Part shown: positions 62,235 through 64,000 of the stretch, one piece after another | Layout: the number at the start of each line of letters is the position of its first letter | How positions within the stretch are numbered: position 1 is the first letter of the stretch | Assembly (NCBI GenBank): GCA_051885175.1 | Contig: JBJEWS010000010.1 | Location: 264,675-328,674, forward strand | From: Cellvibrio sp. | Lineage (GTDB): Bacteria > Pseudomonadota > Gammaproteobacteria > Pseudomonadales > Cellvibrionaceae | DNA: 64,000 nt | Direction: 5' to 3' | Notes under the pieces: generated by a model | What the model saw: only the letters and a program-made list of their open reading frames with translations | The model's database searches: none | What the model was told of the DNA's origin: nothing | Position numbers and translations under genes: made by a program

Positions 62235-62447
62235 CTGTTTCTCCTTTGCCTAAAATTAGGCATCATCATTAGTTATCGAACAAAAATGAGCCTGGTGTGA
62301 TTTTAGTTTTGGTGCGCCGCCCTAAAGGGATCTTTTTGCCCAAGTGAGAATGATTATAGACTAACCTAGACGACCACAAGTGAAATTAAGCGATAAAATA
62401 TCGTCAAAATCATCATTTTTAAGGCTATTTTATTATAAGAATTGCGC

Positions 62448-62921
62448 TTAAATTCCCTTTCTCAATATGTGAAGCATATCATCATGATGGGTTTTAGTAT
62501 TCACTTTTTTGGTTATATGGCGCACTACCCCCGTTTTATCAATCAAGAAGCTTGTCCTAATAATTCCCATAAATTCCCGCCCCATGAATTTTTTTAAGTC
62601 CCATACACCGTAAACTTCAGCAACTTTATGTTCCGGGTCGGACAAGAGGGTAAAATTTAACGACTGTTTTTCGATAAAGCGTTGTAGCGCCTTAGGCTCA
62701 TCGGGACTTATACCAAGTACGACGGTATCCAACAACTCAAACTCGCTTTTGTAGTCGCGGATACCGCAGGCTTGGGTGGTGCACCCTGGGGTCGACGCTT
62801 TGGGGTAAAAATAAACGAGTAAATTCTTTTCTCCGAAGAATTGAGCTAAAGATACATTCTCACCCGATTGATCTAACAAAGTGAATTCGGGGGCTTTATC
62901 ACCAACAGATAACTTACTCAT
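62448..62921 (-). CDS. bcp: Peroxiredoxin Bcp
   Basis: YFYPKASTPGCTTQAC motif. Confidence 0.95.
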   Translation of the reverse strand: MSKLSVGDKAPEFTLLDQSGENVSLAQFFGEKNLLVYFYPKASTPGCTTQACGIRDYKSEFELLDTVVLGISPDEPKALQRFIEKQSLNFTLLSDPEHKVAEVYGVWDLKKFMGREFMGIIRTSFLIDKTGVVRHITKKVNTKTHHDDMLHILRKGI

Positions 62922-62933
62922 TGTTCGACTCTC

Positions 62934-63623
62934 CTATTGCGCATCTTGAGGCGCATTAAATAACAAAGTTTTCTCTTCATCGGTAACGAGGGTTTGCGAT
63001 CGAATTTGAGACAATTTCGGGAATTTAACTTGATTACGCCCCAACCGCTTTGCACTGTAAAGATAGCTATCTACATTGGCGACGAAACTCTCGGGCGAGA
63101 TCTGACTCGATGGCGCAAAGCAACCCACACCAAGACTTGCAGTCACCCAAGCCTGCCCTTGCTCAAGTGGCAAAGGAGAATTTGAAATCGCCTCACGAAT
63201 TCGTTCAGCTACTTTTATTGCGCAAGCGAGCTGAGTGCTTGGGAGAATTAATGCAAATTCTTCCCCGCCATAACGGCACGGAAAATCAAGTTTGCGGAGC
63301 GCCGACTGAATAACTTTAGCGACATGAGCAAGCGCTTGATTACCCGCCTCATGTCCCCAGCAGTCGTTAAATTGCTTAAAAAAATCGATATCAAGCAAAA
63401 TCAAGGAAAGGAATGTACCGCCTCGCTTCGCACGCTCCATCTCTACCGGTAACATCTCCGAAAAGAACCGATAGTTATAGAGGCCTGTCAACTCATCGGT
63501 ACGCACAAGGTTTTGCAGCTGAGCAACTTGCTGCTCAAGCTCCAGCACTCGCTTGAAATGACGACAATGCGAGCCGCCCTCACAGGATAAGGCAACCACG
63601 GTGGCCTCGTTACAACTCGACAT
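62934..63623 (-). CDS. Soluble diguanylate cyclase with a Cys/His-rich N-terminus
   Basis: DELTG, DIDFFKQFND, GHEAGN, I-site RKLD and RYGGEEF. Confidence 0.92.
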   Translation of the reverse strand: MSSCNEATVVALSCEGGSHCRHFKRVLELEQQVAQLQNLVRTDELTGLYNYRFFSEMLPVEMERAKRGGTFLSLILLDIDFFKQFNDCWGHEAGNQALAHVAKVIQSALRKLDFPCRYGGEEFALILPSTQLACAIKVAERIREAISNSPLPLEQGQAWVTASLGVGCFAPSSQISPESFVANVDSYLYSAKRLGRNQVKFPKLSQIRSQTLVTDEEKTLLFNAPQDAQ

Positions 63624-63642
63624 TTATTTATATCTCGATGCG

Positions 63643-64000
63643 CTAATCGCGATAAATTTTTAATAGGTCGCCGTAATGGTCTATTCGGCGGTCGCGTAGA
63701 TACGGCCAAATTCTTCTGACGTCTTCGCTACGAGCCAAGTCCACATCAACTACCTGTGTCTCCTCACAATCCGTAGATGCGCGATACAAAAATTCGCCTT
63801 GCGGGCCTGTGACAAAGCTACTACCCCAAAAATCGATTCCATCGCCACCTAATGGATCGGCCTCGTGCCCCACCCGATTCACGCTCACAACAGGAACACC
63901 GTTAGCGATCGCATGTGCGCGTTGAATAGTCGTCCAAGCATCACGCTGGCGATTCTTTTCATCTTGATCGTCAGTAGGATCCCAACCTATCGCAGTGGGA
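63643..64000 (-). CDS. Carbon-nitrogen hydrolase (N-carbamoylputrescine amidase-like), 5' partial
   Basis: PTAIGW, HAIANG, NRVGHE, FWGSSF and WPYLRDRRID motifs; the frame runs off the window end. Confidence 0.88.
   Translation of the reverse strand, partial: PTAIGWDPTDDQDEKNRQRDAWTTIQRAHAIANGVPVVSVNRVGHEADPLGGDGIDFWGSSFVTGPQGEFLYRASTDCEETQVVDVDLARSEDVRRIWPYLRDRRIDHYGDLLKIYRD

Noticed and set aside
62340-62370. Possible Fur box upstream of the AraC gene (GAGAATGATTATAG)
   Set aside because: Only about 11/19 to consensus with one half-site missing; may simply be a -10 element

Overview
64-kb chromosomal window from a gammaproteobacterium with Pseudomonas-like gene content (Cellvibrionales-like by inference, not confirmed). 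It is mostly core genome: prc and xthA; a polar-flagellum cluster (two fliS, fleQ, fleSR, fliEFGHIJ, an HsbA/HsbR/Hpt partner-switching module, fliKLMNOPQR, flhB) with sigma54, sigma28 and FleQ-type sites readable by eye; lexA-sulA with tandem SOS boxes; fadBA; malic enzyme; ffh; glnS-cysS; the rne-rluC-yceD-rpmF-plsX-fab-pabC-mltG region; tRNA-Ser(UGA)-yccA-tusDCBE; yajC; bcp; a GGDEF gene; and a partial carbon-nitrogen hydrolase. I saw no integrase, transposase, prophage or CRISPR array. The most unusual items are: (1) a catalytically degenerate, two-receiver membrane hybrid kinase probably co-transcribed with a small DUF2788 membrane protein, about 8 kb from an Hpt module; (2) a C13 homopolymer abutting the RBS of an unknown lipoprotein gene that sits where flhA usually follows flhB; (3) an rhlE helicase gene with a hairpin-rich leader inserted between fleQ and fleS; (4) a near-consensus FleQ box and an FNR-like 22-bp palindrome upstream of fleQ; (5) an approximately 740-nt structured rne leader; (6) a Cys-motif diguanylate cyclase linked to bcp; and (7) many broken conserved gene adjacencies. 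All family assignments come from motif recognition by eye; no database searches were run.
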